A DNA stretch of 64,000 nucleotides. It comes from Eledone cirrhosa. Lineage: Eukaryota. The stretch spans positions 2,356,001 to 2,420,000 of the forward strand of contig OZ024766.1 of assembly GCA_964016885.1 (NCBI GenBank), given 5' to 3'. Positions 15,659 through 29,580 of this stretch are shown in pieces; within the stretch, counting starts at the first letter, position 1, and each line of letters starts with the position of its first letter. The notes under the pieces were generated by a model, which was not told the origin of the DNA, made no database searches, and was given only the letters and a program-made list of their open reading frames with translations. The position numbers and the translations under genes are program-made.

Positions 15659-15691
<33 letters not shown>

Positions 15692-17351
15692 TGGAGGTGT
15701 CACGACAAAAAAGCACCCAGTCCACACACATCTGACCAACACGCACACACACACACAGCATATAAAAAGCCAGAATAAAGGGAAGTGAAAGGTTCAGAAA
15801 GGGTCTAAAAACTTACAATGTACAGAAAAAATAAAGATAAGGGGGTTAAAAAAGGACCAAAAAAAAACTGTATATATAAAGAGAGATCAAAGGGAGGGCT
15901 TAAAAAAGGGTCCAAAAACTATTGAGATTAGAGGAGGGGGGGTTAAAAACGGGTCTAAAAGCAGTCTAGAGATTAAAGGGAGAGGGTTAAAAAAAAGGGT
16001 CTAAAAGCAGTCTAGAGATTAAAGGGAGAGGGTTAAAAAAAGGGTCTAAAAGCAGTCTAGAGATTAAAGGCAGGGGGTTAAAAAAGGGTCTAAAAGCAGT
16101 CTAGAGATTAAAGGGAGAGGGTTAAAAAAAAGGGTCTAAAAGCAGTCTAGAGATTAAAGGGAGAGGGTTAAAAAAAGGGTCTAAAAGCAGTCTAGAGATT
16201 AAAGGGAGAGGGTTAAAAAAAGGGTCTAAAAGCAGTCTAGAGATTAAAGGCAGGGGGTTAAAAAAGGGTCTAAAAGCAGTCTAGAGATTAAAGGGAGGAG
16301 GTTAAAAAAGGGTTAAAAACTTACAACGTTGCATTTGTTTGTTATACTCAGACATGTTGTCAGGTCGAATACTCCTTAGGAACTTGATGTAGTCATCACT
16401 GTGGAACTTGGTCATTTCTTCCTGGATAGCTTTGTGAGGTCTCTGGAATAGAAGGGCAGATTGTAGGGTTAGCAGGGGTTTAAATAGAGCAGGAATAGAG
16501 GTGGGCTTCAGCAAGGTATCAGCACTACTACTTGACAGAATGTACTGGGTGTATTTTATCATACCAGCACGAGAAAGGTTTTGTGTGTGGGGGCAAGGAC
16601 ATGGAAATAATTGGCTTGGTTTGGTGCCCCTGAGCACGTGGTTAGCCCACCAGGCATGAGAGAAACCCCTAGTTCTTGTTAGAACATCATTCTTGGAGAA
16701 TGGCAGCCAATAATGTTTGCCTGTTATTCAGGTCGGTGATGCTTAAGTATCAAGTGATGGCATTACTTGAAATCGAGTTGCAGCCATCATATATATATAT
16801 ATACGAACGAAAGGGCGGTTATATGATGCCTGTGTGAGCTGCGCGATGCTGCATGGTAGTGAGACATGGGCAGTAACTGCAGAGGATATGTGACAGCTGG
16901 AAAGAAATGAAGCAAGCATGCTCCGTTGGATGTGCAATGTCAATGTGCGTGAACAACCAAGCATGGGTGTGTTGAGAGAGAAACTGTGTATCAGAGGGAT
17001 AAGTTGTAGTGTGTGGAGAGAGGACTGAGATGGTATGGACATGTGATGTGGTGAGAGAGAAACTGGGTACAAGAGGGATAAGTTGTAGTGTGCAGGAGAG
17101 AAGATGAGATGGTATGGACATGTGATGCACATGGAGGATGACTGCTGGGTAAAGAAGCGCCAAGAAATCCCAGTTGATTGAAGGAAGACGCGGTAGAGGT
17201 AGACCACGAAAAACATGGGCGGAGGTGGTGAGAGCTGACCTCAGATTGCTGAAGCTCACGGTGGAGATGACGAAGGACCGTGACAAGTGGAGAGATGCTG
17301 TGCTGAATAGGACCCGTCCCACCCTTGCAAGCAGGGAAAAGTGGATGTGAA

Positions 17352-17400
<49 letters not shown>

Positions 17401-18659
17401 CTTACATAAATCTCCATCTTTCTGTAGAGGCCATAATTGAGAATTAAATTGTGAGTCATACGTATACGGTGTGGTTTCATCGGATGTCCCTGCCCATAAT
17501 AGTAATTGCCAATGTCACCTGGAATATATAGAAAATACAATTAAATGTCTGTATACACACACATATAGGCACATGGCTTAGTTTTTTTTTTTAATTAAAA
17601 TTTTGTTTAATTAAAATAAATTTTTTTTTAATTTTTTTTTTTAATTTAAAAAAAAAAAAATTTTTTTTAAATTAAAAAAAAAAAAAAAATTTATGAAAAA
17701 ATTAAAAATTTTTTTATTTAATTAAAAAAAAAAAATTTTAATAAAAAAAAAAATTTTTTAAATGTAAAAAATGTTTTTAAAATTTTTTAATTAAAAAAAA
17801 TTTTTTTTTAAATTTTTTTATAAATTTTTTTTTTTTTTAATTAAAAAAAAAAAACTTGCAATCGAAAGGTTGTGAGTTCAATTCTCAGACCGGGTGGTGT
17901 GTTGTTACCTTGAGCAAGATACTTTATTTCACATTGCTCCAGTTTACTCAGCTGTAGAAATGAGATGATAGGGGCTGGGGTCCCTATCATTCCACTGTAA
18001 AGTGGTCGTGGAGGTGCCACGGCAAAAAAGCACCCAGCACTCACTGTAAATGAGGTTGGTGTTAGGAATGGCATCCAGCTGTAGAAATCAAGCCAGAACC
18101 AGTTCCCGTCCCACCCTTGCAAGCAGGGAGAAGCGGACGTAAAATGATGATGATGATGATATACATACATACATACACACATATATATAGTTGTACTTTG
18201 GGAGGGTCAGATAAGAAATCTTGCAAAAGAAATACAAAAATACTTATACATATATATATATATATATATATGACCCGCCTTACCTAAGTACAAAGTGAAA
18301 CCTACTACAGTCAGTAGGCACCTCTAACAAAAATACACCCCCCTCCCACTACCCCCCACCCCTTTCAATGTAAAGTTATGTTGGTACTACAACATCCAGT
18401 CCGAAACAAATGAGGTCGTGTAGGTGTCACAACAAAAAAAACACACAGTCCACGCTGTAATGTGGCCGTGTAGGTAACACGGTAAAAACCCCCCAGTCCA
18501 CACTGTAAACGTGGTTGGTGTTAGGAAGGGCATCCAGCCATTGAAAACCCGCCAGACAGTCCTATACGAGCAGGACAACCACTCTTGCCTCAAGTGGGAA
18601 AACTCCCGTCCAAACCCATGCAAGCGTGGAATATGGACGTTAAACGATGATGATGATGA

Positions 18660-18710
<51 letters not shown>

Positions 18711-19843
18711 GATCATCATCATCATCATCTTACGTCCGCTTTTCCCTGCTTGCAAGGGTGGGATTGGTCCTATTCAGCACAGCATCTCTCCACTTGTCAC
18801 GGTCCTTCGTCATCTCCTCTGTGAGCTTCAGCGATCTGAGGTCTGCTCTCACCACCTCCACCCATGATTTTCGTGGTCTTCCTTTACTACAATTTCTTGG
18901 TATTTCTTTATCCAGCGGTCATCCTCGATGCACATCACATGTCCATACCATCTCAGTCCTCTCTCCCGCACACTACAACTTATCCCTCTCAGACACAGTT
19001 TCTCTCTCAACACATCACATGTCCATACCATCTCAGTCTTTTCTCCCACACACCACAACTTATCCCTCTTATACCCAGTTTCTCTCTCAACACATCACAT
19101 GTCCATACCATCTCAGTCTTTTCTCCCACACACCACAACTTATCCCTCTTATACCCAGTTTCTCTCTCAACACATCACATGTCCATACCATCTCAGTCTT
19201 CTCTCCCACACACCACAACTTATCCCTCTTATACCCAGTTTCTCTCTCAACACATCACATGTCAAATACCATCTCAGTCTTCTCTCCCACACACCACAAC
19301 TTATCCCTCTTATACCCAGTTTCTCTCTCAACACATCACATGTCCATACCATCTCAGTCTTTTCTCCCACACACCACAACTTATCCCTCTTATACCCAGT
19401 TTCTCTCTCAACACATCACATGTCCATACCATCTCAGTCTTCTCTCCCACACACCACAACTTATCCCTCTTATACCCAGTTTCTCTCTCAACACATCACA
19501 TGTCCATACCATCTCAGTCTTTTCTCCCACACACCACAACTTATCCCTCTTATACCCAGTTTCTCTCTCAACACATCACATGTCCATACCATCTCAGTCT
19601 TCTCTCCCACACACCACAACTTATCCCTCTTATACCCAGTTTCTCTCTCAACACATCACATGTCCATACCATCTCAGTCTTCTCTCTCACACACTACAAC
19701 TTATCCCTCTTATACCCAGTTTCTCTCTCAACACTTCCATTCTGGGTCGTTCATGCACATTGACATTGCACATCCAACGGAGCATGCTTGCCTCATTTCT
19801 CTCCAGCCATCGCATATCCTCTGCAGTAGCTGCCCATGTCTCT

Positions 19844-19892
<49 letters not shown>

Positions 19893-20061
19893 CAATCACT
19901 TGATCACCTATAGATCAGGGGAGTTTCTGTTGTAAACATCAAGTCCTTCCCTCGTGAAGAACGCACCTCCCAACATAGCCTAATAGTTTAGTGGCTTTTG
20001 AAAACCAATTATTTAATAATTATTTCTACTTTTGGCACAAGGCCAGCAATTATCCCAGTGC

Positions 20062-20094
<33 letters not shown>

Positions 20095-20107
20095 TATATA
20101 TATATAT

Positions 20108-20152
<45 letters not shown>

Positions 20153-21260
20153 TATATATACACACACACACACACATATATATTTACACACACACACATA
20201 TATATATAATTATCGAGCCCTCTTCGGATTTTAGTCTTCACATTTATTATTACTAGGGCAGTATCGGTAGCGGGCCGGACGCCATGCTTAGCAGCACAGA
20301 GTTACGGCCCTTTACGGTCCGAGTTCAAACCCCCGCCGAGGTTAACTTTGCCTTTCATCCTTGCGCGGGGGGTCGATAAAAAAAAGTACCAGTAATACAC
20401 TGGGGTAATTGCTGGCCTTGTGCCTAAAGTAGAAACAATTATTAATTTGCCCTTCGTCGTTACGGGGTCTATAAAATGAAGTACCAGTCACGCACTGGGG
20501 TCGATTTAATCGACTCCCCCTCCACCCAAAATTGTGGCTTTGTGCCTATATGAGAAACCATCGATAAAATAAAGTACCAGTAATATACTGGGTTATTTGC
20601 TGGCCTTGTGCCAAAAATAGAAACAATTATATATATATATATAACGAAGAGGTTGTGGTAAGGAACCAGATGGACCATAACGCACCAGAGTACTCAATAC
20701 TTTGGGTAGTAGAGTGGGTGATAGAAACAGCCGTCGAAACGGCTTGAGCTCTGCCGTCGGGATCATACTTCCTCATAAATATATGTATATATATATATAT
20801 AATATACACACAGCGATTCCACACATGTTTGTATGTAAAAAGATATATATATATATATATATATCACGTTGCTCCTTCTACCAGGGGTTAGCAATCGGAA
20901 AGACCAATGGAAACATCGTTTCCTCGGTCCGATTTATCGAAAGTCGATCGTTCCTTTTATATAAATATATATATTATCTTCATTTGTTAATATTTTTAAT
21001 AAAAAATATATATATATACATGTGTGTATGTGTATATATACACACACACACACATATATATATACACACATGTATATATATATATACACACACACACGCA
21101 CATATATATATATATACACACACACATATATATATACACATACATATATATATATACACATATACACACGTATATATATATATACGTGTGTATATATACA
21201 CACACACACATACACACATGTATATATACACATACACACATGTATATATATATATATATA

Positions 21261-21304
<44 letters not shown>

Positions 21305-21672
21305 CATGTGTGTATGTGTATATATATGTGTGTGTGTGTGTATATACACACACACACACACACATAAACACTATATTATTCAATTCGAGACCATTTTTAA
21401 CAAATATTTAATTAACTATTTCAAGAAGTAAATGTAATGTCGTCCCGTGGTGGGGGAGTTAGACTGACACGGGAAGGGGACAAGAAGACAGGGAAGGAGG
21501 AAGACAAAAGAATGGAGTGAAAGACGAAATAATAAAACAAAAATAAAAATGTCCGGGAGTTAAAATTGTAAACACGATCGCCAGAAACTGGGTTTTAAGA
21601 TCTTCCATAGTTTTTAACAGAACGCACCGAGCGCGCGCCAATGATTGTGTGTGTGTCTATGTTTATATACTT

Positions 21673-21705
<33 letters not shown>

Positions 21706-21836
21706 GATACACACACACACACATATATACACATAAATATATATACACACACATAAATATACACACACACACACATATATATATAGATACACACACACAC
21801 ACATTTATATATACATATATATACACACACATATAT

Positions 21837-21867
<31 letters not shown>

Positions 21868-22318
21868 CACATACACACACATATATATACATATAAATAT
21901 ATATACACACACACACATATATATACACACATATATATATACACACACATATATACACATATATATATACACACATACACATATGAGGGCGCACAGGTCA
22001 AAGACAATGGAAATAACCACCGATATATATATACATACATGTGTATATATATATATATACACGAACACATGTATATATATATATATACATGTGTATATAT
22101 ATATACACGAACACATGTATATATATATATATATATACATACATGTGTGTATATATATATACATACATGCATGTATATATATATACATGTGTTCGTGTAT
22201 ATATATATATATACATACATGCATGAATATAAATATACATACATGCATGTATATAAATATACATACATGCATGTATACAAATATACATACATGCATGTAT
22301 ACAAATATACATACATGC

Positions 22319-22364
<46 letters not shown>

Positions 22365-23433
22365 CGAAGGAGGTGTGGTAAGGAACCAGGTGGACCATAA
22401 CACACCAGAGTACTCAATACTTAGGTTAGGGTAGTAGAGTGGGTTATAGGAACATGTACGACCGACCCCGACGGCAGAGCTCAAGCCGTTTCCGACTAAA
22501 TTCTAATTTAGTCCAGAAATAGCAGTCGAAACGGCTTCAGCTCTGCCGTCGGGGTCGTACATTTTCCTATATATATACACACACGTGTATGTAAGGCCAT
22601 ACACGACTGTGTAATACGAAAGAGGAAAAAAAAAAAAAATGTTGATTAAGCATGGCTTTGCTTGATCTTGTAAAGTGTTATTAGAAAGGTCAGTTGATGT
22701 CTGCTGTAACATGGAGGTAGTGTTAGATCTTCAAACCCTGGCCCTAGCACCTTGCCTACCTCTATCATATATAATTGCTTCTACTTTGGGGCACAAGGCC
22801 AGCAATTACCCCAGTGTATTACTGGTACTTTATTTTATCAACCCTGAATTAATAATTGTTTCTACTTTTGGCACAAGGCCAACAATTATCTCAGTACATT
22901 ACTGGTACTTTATTTTATCAGCCTTGTAATAATTGTTTCTACTTTGGGCACAAGGCCAGCAATTACCCCAGTGTATTACTGGTACTTTATTTTATCAACC
23001 CTGAATTAACAATTGTTCCTACTTTTGGCACAAGGCCAGCAATTATCCCAGTGTATTACTGGTACTTTATTTTATCAGCCTTGTAATAATTGTTTCTACT
23101 TTAGGCATGAGGCCAACAATTATCCCAGTGTATTACTGGTACTTTATTTTATCAGCCTTGTAAAAATTGTTTCTACTTTTGGCACAAGGCCAGCAGATAC
23201 CCCAGTGTATTACTGCTACTTTATTTTATCAACCCCGTAATAATTGTTTCTACTTTTGGCACAAGGCCAGCAATTACCCCAGTGCATTACTGGTACTTTA
23301 TTTATCGACCCTGTAAGGTTGAAAGGCAAAGTTAACCTCGGTGGAATTAACATTAATAATATACTCTCTTCCCACATTGAACACACATTTTCCTTTTTTC
23401 CTTTTCACATATATGGATAGTGCTACACAGACA

Positions 23434-23472
<39 letters not shown>

Positions 23473-24015
23473 AGTATATATATGTATATATATATATATA
23501 GCTTCGTTGACAAGTATATTAATGTGTACAGACACTCAGATATATTGCCCTTGGCATGACAGTGTGGTTGTAGCTCAATGTAGGATAACTAGTATGCTAC
23601 AGAGCCGTTATAAGTTTAGGAATAACCAAAGAGTGCTTAGAAATACATAGTTTTATTTGCTAAGTGTTTCATCCATACCCTATGGCAGGAATCATCAGAG
23701 CTTATAAACAAAAATATATCAAAGGTTGGGACCCCCTACTTGTCCTTTATCCTTGTTCTGGTGACCGAGCTCGATGGAGTCGGCAACTTTTGATATATTT
23801 TTGTTTATAAGCTCTGGTGAACCCTGCCATAGGGTATGGATGACACATTGTTAGCAAATATTATATATATACATGCATGTATATGTGTATATATATATAT
23901 GTATGTATGTATGTGTATATATAAACTCCCACCAACAGCTAGGACTTTAAATTATATAAACACTTCTCCACAACATTGATTCTTCACTACATTTAATAGA
24001 AACACGATTAGACTC

Positions 24016-24059
<44 letters not shown>

Positions 24060-26254
24060 AGTATAAAGTTTCATACACTTAACATGTGCTACCATTGGTT
24101 TGGGGGGAGGTGGGATCCAATTATAGAGTGGTGGAGGCTCCACATCGGGCACACAGTCAAAATTACGAAAAATGAAAATAGATTAAGCATTGTTATATAT
24201 ATATGTTTGCAAGAAATAAATAATATTTAAAGAAAATTCAATAATTTGGCCTCTTGTCATTTTACTTTATGATACATTTACTCCGTTCCCAACCAACATG
24301 ATTCAACATCAAAGATGGATGAGTTGCATAACGTTGAGTGCTTTTCTCATATTACATCATGATTAACATAGCATAATGACCATTTCTACCAAGTGGTAAA
24401 CACTGTAAGGTGGTCGTGTAGCTGACACGGTGAAAATGCACCCAGTCCACACTGTAAGGTGGTCGTGTAGCTGACACGGTGAAAAGGCTCCCAGTTTGCA
24501 CTGAAAGGTGGTCATGTAGGAGACACGGTATAAAGGCTCCCAGTCTGCACTGAAAGGTGGTCATGTAGGAGACACGGTATAAAGGCTCCCAGTCCACACT
24601 GTAAGGTGGTCGTGTAGCTGACACGGTATAAAGGCTCCCAGTCCACACTGAAAGGTGGTCATGTAGGAGACACGGTATAAAGGCTCCCAGTCCACACTGA
24701 AAGGTGGTCATGTAGCTGACACGGTATAAAGGCTCCCAGTCCACACTGAAAGGTGGTCATGTAGGAGACACGGTATAAAGGCTCCCAGTCCACACTGAAA
24801 GGTGGTCATGTAGCAGACACGGTGAAAAGGCTCCCAGTCCACACTGAAAGGTGGTCATGTAGGAGACACGGTATAAAGGCTCCCAGTCTGCACTGTAAGG
24901 TGGTCATGTAGGAGACACAGTGAAAAGGCTCCCAGTCCACACTGTAAGGTGGTCATGTAGGAGACACGGTATAAAGGCTCCCAGTCCACACTGTAAGGTG
25001 GTCATGTAGGAGACATGGTATAAAGGCTCCCAGTCCACACTGTAAGGTGGTCGTGTAGCTGACACGGTGAAAAGGCTCCCAGTCCAAACTGAAAGGTGGT
25101 CATGTAGGAGACACGGTATAAAGGCTCCCAGTCCGCACTGAAAGGTGGCCATGTAGGAGACACGGTGAAAAGGCTCAGTCCACACTGGAAATGTGGTTGG
25201 TGTTAGGAAGGGCATCCAGCTGTAAAAAACCATGTCTAGCTCCTACAGGACTGTTTCTGGCTGGTTTACTACAGCTGGATGCCCTTCCTAGCGCCAACCA
25301 CATTTACAGTGTGTGCCAAATACTTTTTACTGTCTTTTACATGGTCCAAAGAAAAGGCAAAGACTGATATATTTTGACACGAGATATCACAACATTTCTA
25401 CAGTTAAGTGAACTGGAGTAATAAAGTCTGGATCAAGAACACAACACAGTGCCTTATCTGGGAACTGAACTCACAAACTTGGGATTCTGAAGCCAACTCT
25501 CTAGCCACCGAGCTGTAGAGTTTGTGATCGGGAAAGAGACTGTGACTTCCTTCCACTGGAATTACCTGGTACTTCTTTACCCAGCTGTCATCCTCCATGC
25601 ACATCACATGTCCATACCAACGCTGTCCTCTCTCCCACACTACAGCTTATCCCTCTTATACAGTTTCTCTCTCAACACATCACATGTCCATACCAACGCA
25701 GTCCTCTCTCCCGCTAACTACAGCTTATCCCTCTTATACAGTTTCTCTCACAACACATCACATGTCCATACCAACGCAGTCCTCTCTCCTGCACATTACA
25801 GCTTATCCCTCTTACACAGTTTCTCTCACAACACATCACATGTCCATACCAACGCAGTCCTCTCCCCTGCTAACTACATCTTATCCCTCTTATACACAAT
25901 TTCTCTCACAACACATCACATGTCTATACCACCTCAGTCCTCTCTCCCACACCACAACTTATCCCTCTTATACAGTTTCTCTCTCAACTCGTCCATGCTT
26001 GGTCGTTCACGCACATTGACATTACACGTCCAACGGAGCATGCTTGCTTCATTTCTCTCCAGCCGTCGCATATCCTCTGCAGTTGCTGCCAATGTCTCAT
26101 TACCATGCAGCATCGCGCATCTCACACAGGCATCATATAACAGGCCTTTCATTAGTAGGGAGAAACCCTTCTTTGTCAGCAGAGGAAGCAGCTCCCTAAA
26201 CTTTTTATGCTATCGCCTCAGAACATCTTCCTCCCTTGCTATTTATATATACAT

Positions 26255-26287
<33 letters not shown>

Positions 26288-26667
26288 AATACATATACAT
26301 ATCTCTCTCTCTATATATATATATATATGTGTATGTAAAAGGTAAACAGAAATAACAACACAATCGGTACAGTATATGGAAGGGATATATTAGGTTAACG
26401 CTTGATATAGCAGGAAGAGGGGTCTTAACGTTTCGGACGCTAGTCCTTCATCAGAAGAAAGAATGAGAAATAAGAGAGATTAAGGGTACGGGTGGGGGCG
26501 GAAAAAATGTCTTTAGATAAAAATAACAGGCCCATGCGTGTTGACAGCTATACAATGTACCACTGGCATTCGCGAAATTTTCCTTAGAAACCATCTCATA
26601 TACACAGAATCATGTCTTCTGCCATTTTTTTTAAAGGCCAATGCTCTAACCACTAAGCCATGTGCCT

Positions 26668-26724
<57 letters not shown>

Positions 26725-26899
26725 TAGTAATAATAATAAATGTGAAGACTAAAATCCAAAGAGGGTTCGATAAGGATAAATATATATCAAATATATAAGA
26801 ACCACAGAGCAAATATTTATTAAAATAACAGATTAAAGTTTAAGCAAAGAATTGCTGCTTTCACAGCGTTTCTTTGCTTAAACTTTAATGTTATTTTAA

Positions 26900-26963
<64 letters not shown>

Positions 26964-28429
26964 TGTAGATGGAGTGGCATCGGAGGTGATGAAGAAGTGT
27001 GATTTTGATGATATCGTCCTAGTGGACCTGATATCACTGCTCTACACCAACACCAAAGCCCAAGTCATTACACCTGATGGGATGACAGAGTTCTTTGAGA
27101 TACTGGCTGGACTGCTCCAGGGAGATACGTTGGCTCCCTACCTTTTTATCATCACAGTGGAATATTGCATGCGCCTTGCACTGGAGAAACACCAGGACTC
27201 TGGCTTTACTGTAGAGTAAGGCTCAGAGCAGGAGAGTTACAGCGGAAAAGATATCGGATGCTGAATTTGCTGACGAAGTAGTTCTGGTGACTAACACAGG
27301 AGGTGGAGACTGTGTCGATGAGTGTGGGGTTGAGAATGAATGAGATTACGACGATCTGGTAGAGAAGATTACGAAGCTAGAGAAGATTATGAATGTAGGC
27401 GGGAAGCCGCTAGAGTTGGTTGAGGACTTCCTGTATCTGGGAGCAAAGATTGGGAACATGGAAGATGATGTGGTTGAAAGGAAGAGCAAAGCCTGGGCGG
27501 CGTGCCACAGTTTGAGATCGGTGTGGAGGAAGTCGGACCTTTGTAAAGACCTGAAGATCCGTCTCTTTGTTGCTGTAGTGGAGTCTGTGCTGCTGTACGG
27601 GTCTGAGACTTGGACACTGACCAAGAAACTCACTCAGATGGTGGGTGGGTGCTACACGAGAATGCTGAGGTTGGGTCTGTGCATTAATCAGTATACACTG
27701 AGGATGAAGAACTCAGAGCTGTATGGGAGCCTCCCAAGAGTCAGCTCGAAAGTAACAAGGGAGGCTGAGGTTAGCTGGACATGCTAACCGACATCCAGTG
27801 CTCCTGTGGGAGCCCCTGCATGGACACACTGGAAGAGGGAGACCAAGGTTGACATATATTGATGCCCTAAGGACAGACACTGGTCTGTAGGAGACGCAGG
27901 CCATGGCAGCGATAATGAGGGACAGAGACCGCTGGAGAGAACTCGTCCATGGATCCCGGGAATTTTACCCGCCCTAGATATATATATATATACATGTGTG
28001 TGTGTGAATATACTATATATACACACACATACATATATATGCTGAATAGGACCTGTCCCACCCTTGCAAGCATGGAAAAGCGGATGCAAAATGATATATA
28101 CATATATATATAGACGTACATATATACATGTCTCTCTCTTTCTAGAGAGAACTCATTATAAATACATATATTCTTTACATTTTATCTATTAATGTCTGAA
28201 TAAAGTCTACTGAACTTGTTTATTGAGAAGCACAAAACTCTAACAGATTTGATGGCTTGTTTCGTTATATTTGTGTATATAGGTGTATATATAGAGTATG
28301 TAAAGTAAATATATAGTATTAGTACAGATTAAAGTTTAAGCATATATATATATATAGGGCGGTGCCCAAGCATGGCCTCAGCCGGATGGCTGGAACAGGT
28401 AAGGGAGTAAAATATATATATACACACAC

Positions 28430-28474
<45 letters not shown>

Positions 28475-28777
28475 TATATACGAAGACAGGATTTGAATCA
28501 TCAGCAGTTGAGGTATGTCATACATCAATTTATATATTTTATCTGATGAGGACGTACTGAGGAAACAGCACAGTACCTCCGAAATATATATACATATATA
28601 TATACGTATATACACACACAAACACATGTAAAGTACATATAAACGTAAATATACATACATATATTTGTATATAACATATATGTGCATAAATCTATATTAT
28701 GTAAAAATGTGTTACACACACACACACACATATATATACACACATATACACACACACATATACACACACATATATAT

Positions 28778-28808
<31 letters not shown>

Positions 28809-29172
28809 CACACATATATATATATACACACACACATATATATATATACACACACACACACATATATATACACACACATATACACACACATATATATACA
28901 CACACATATATATATACACACACATATATATACACACACATATATATATACACACACACATATATATATCGAAGGAAGTGTGGTAAGGAACTAGGAGGAC
29001 CATGACGCACCAGAGTACTCAATACTTAAGGTTGTAGTGTGGGTAGTAGGAGAAAGTATGACCCCGACGGCAGAGCTCAAGCCGTTTCGACGGCTATTTC
29101 TGGACTCCATTTCCCACTCCAGAAATAGCCGTCGAAACGGCTTGAGCTCTGCCGTCGGGGTCATACTTTCTC

Positions 29173-29208
<36 letters not shown>

Positions 29209-29527
29209 GAGTTTATAATGATGTGGTAGAGTGTAGAATTGTGGCAGTGATTTCCAAGTTTTGTCTTAATTACTTTATAGAGGGAGGGCGGCCGATTGAA
29301 CAGGCATTTAACTACCTTGCTAGTAGATACATCGATTTCTTTCGATCAATCGACCCTCTGAAACGATCGTAAAGCAATGATATACGCGAATTTTGATTTT
29401 ATTCTTTGCACAAACACACATATATATAGTTATATACACACACACACACACATGTATATATATATATACACGCACAAACATATATACACGCACACGCACA
29501 CATATATACACGCACACGCATATATAT

Positions 29528-29580
<53 letters not shown>

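Noticed and set aside
18647-19935. 300-418 aa repetitive ORFs (also 51041-52284, 57038-58361)
   Set aside because: Antisense readings of the 80-bp RTE-derived array
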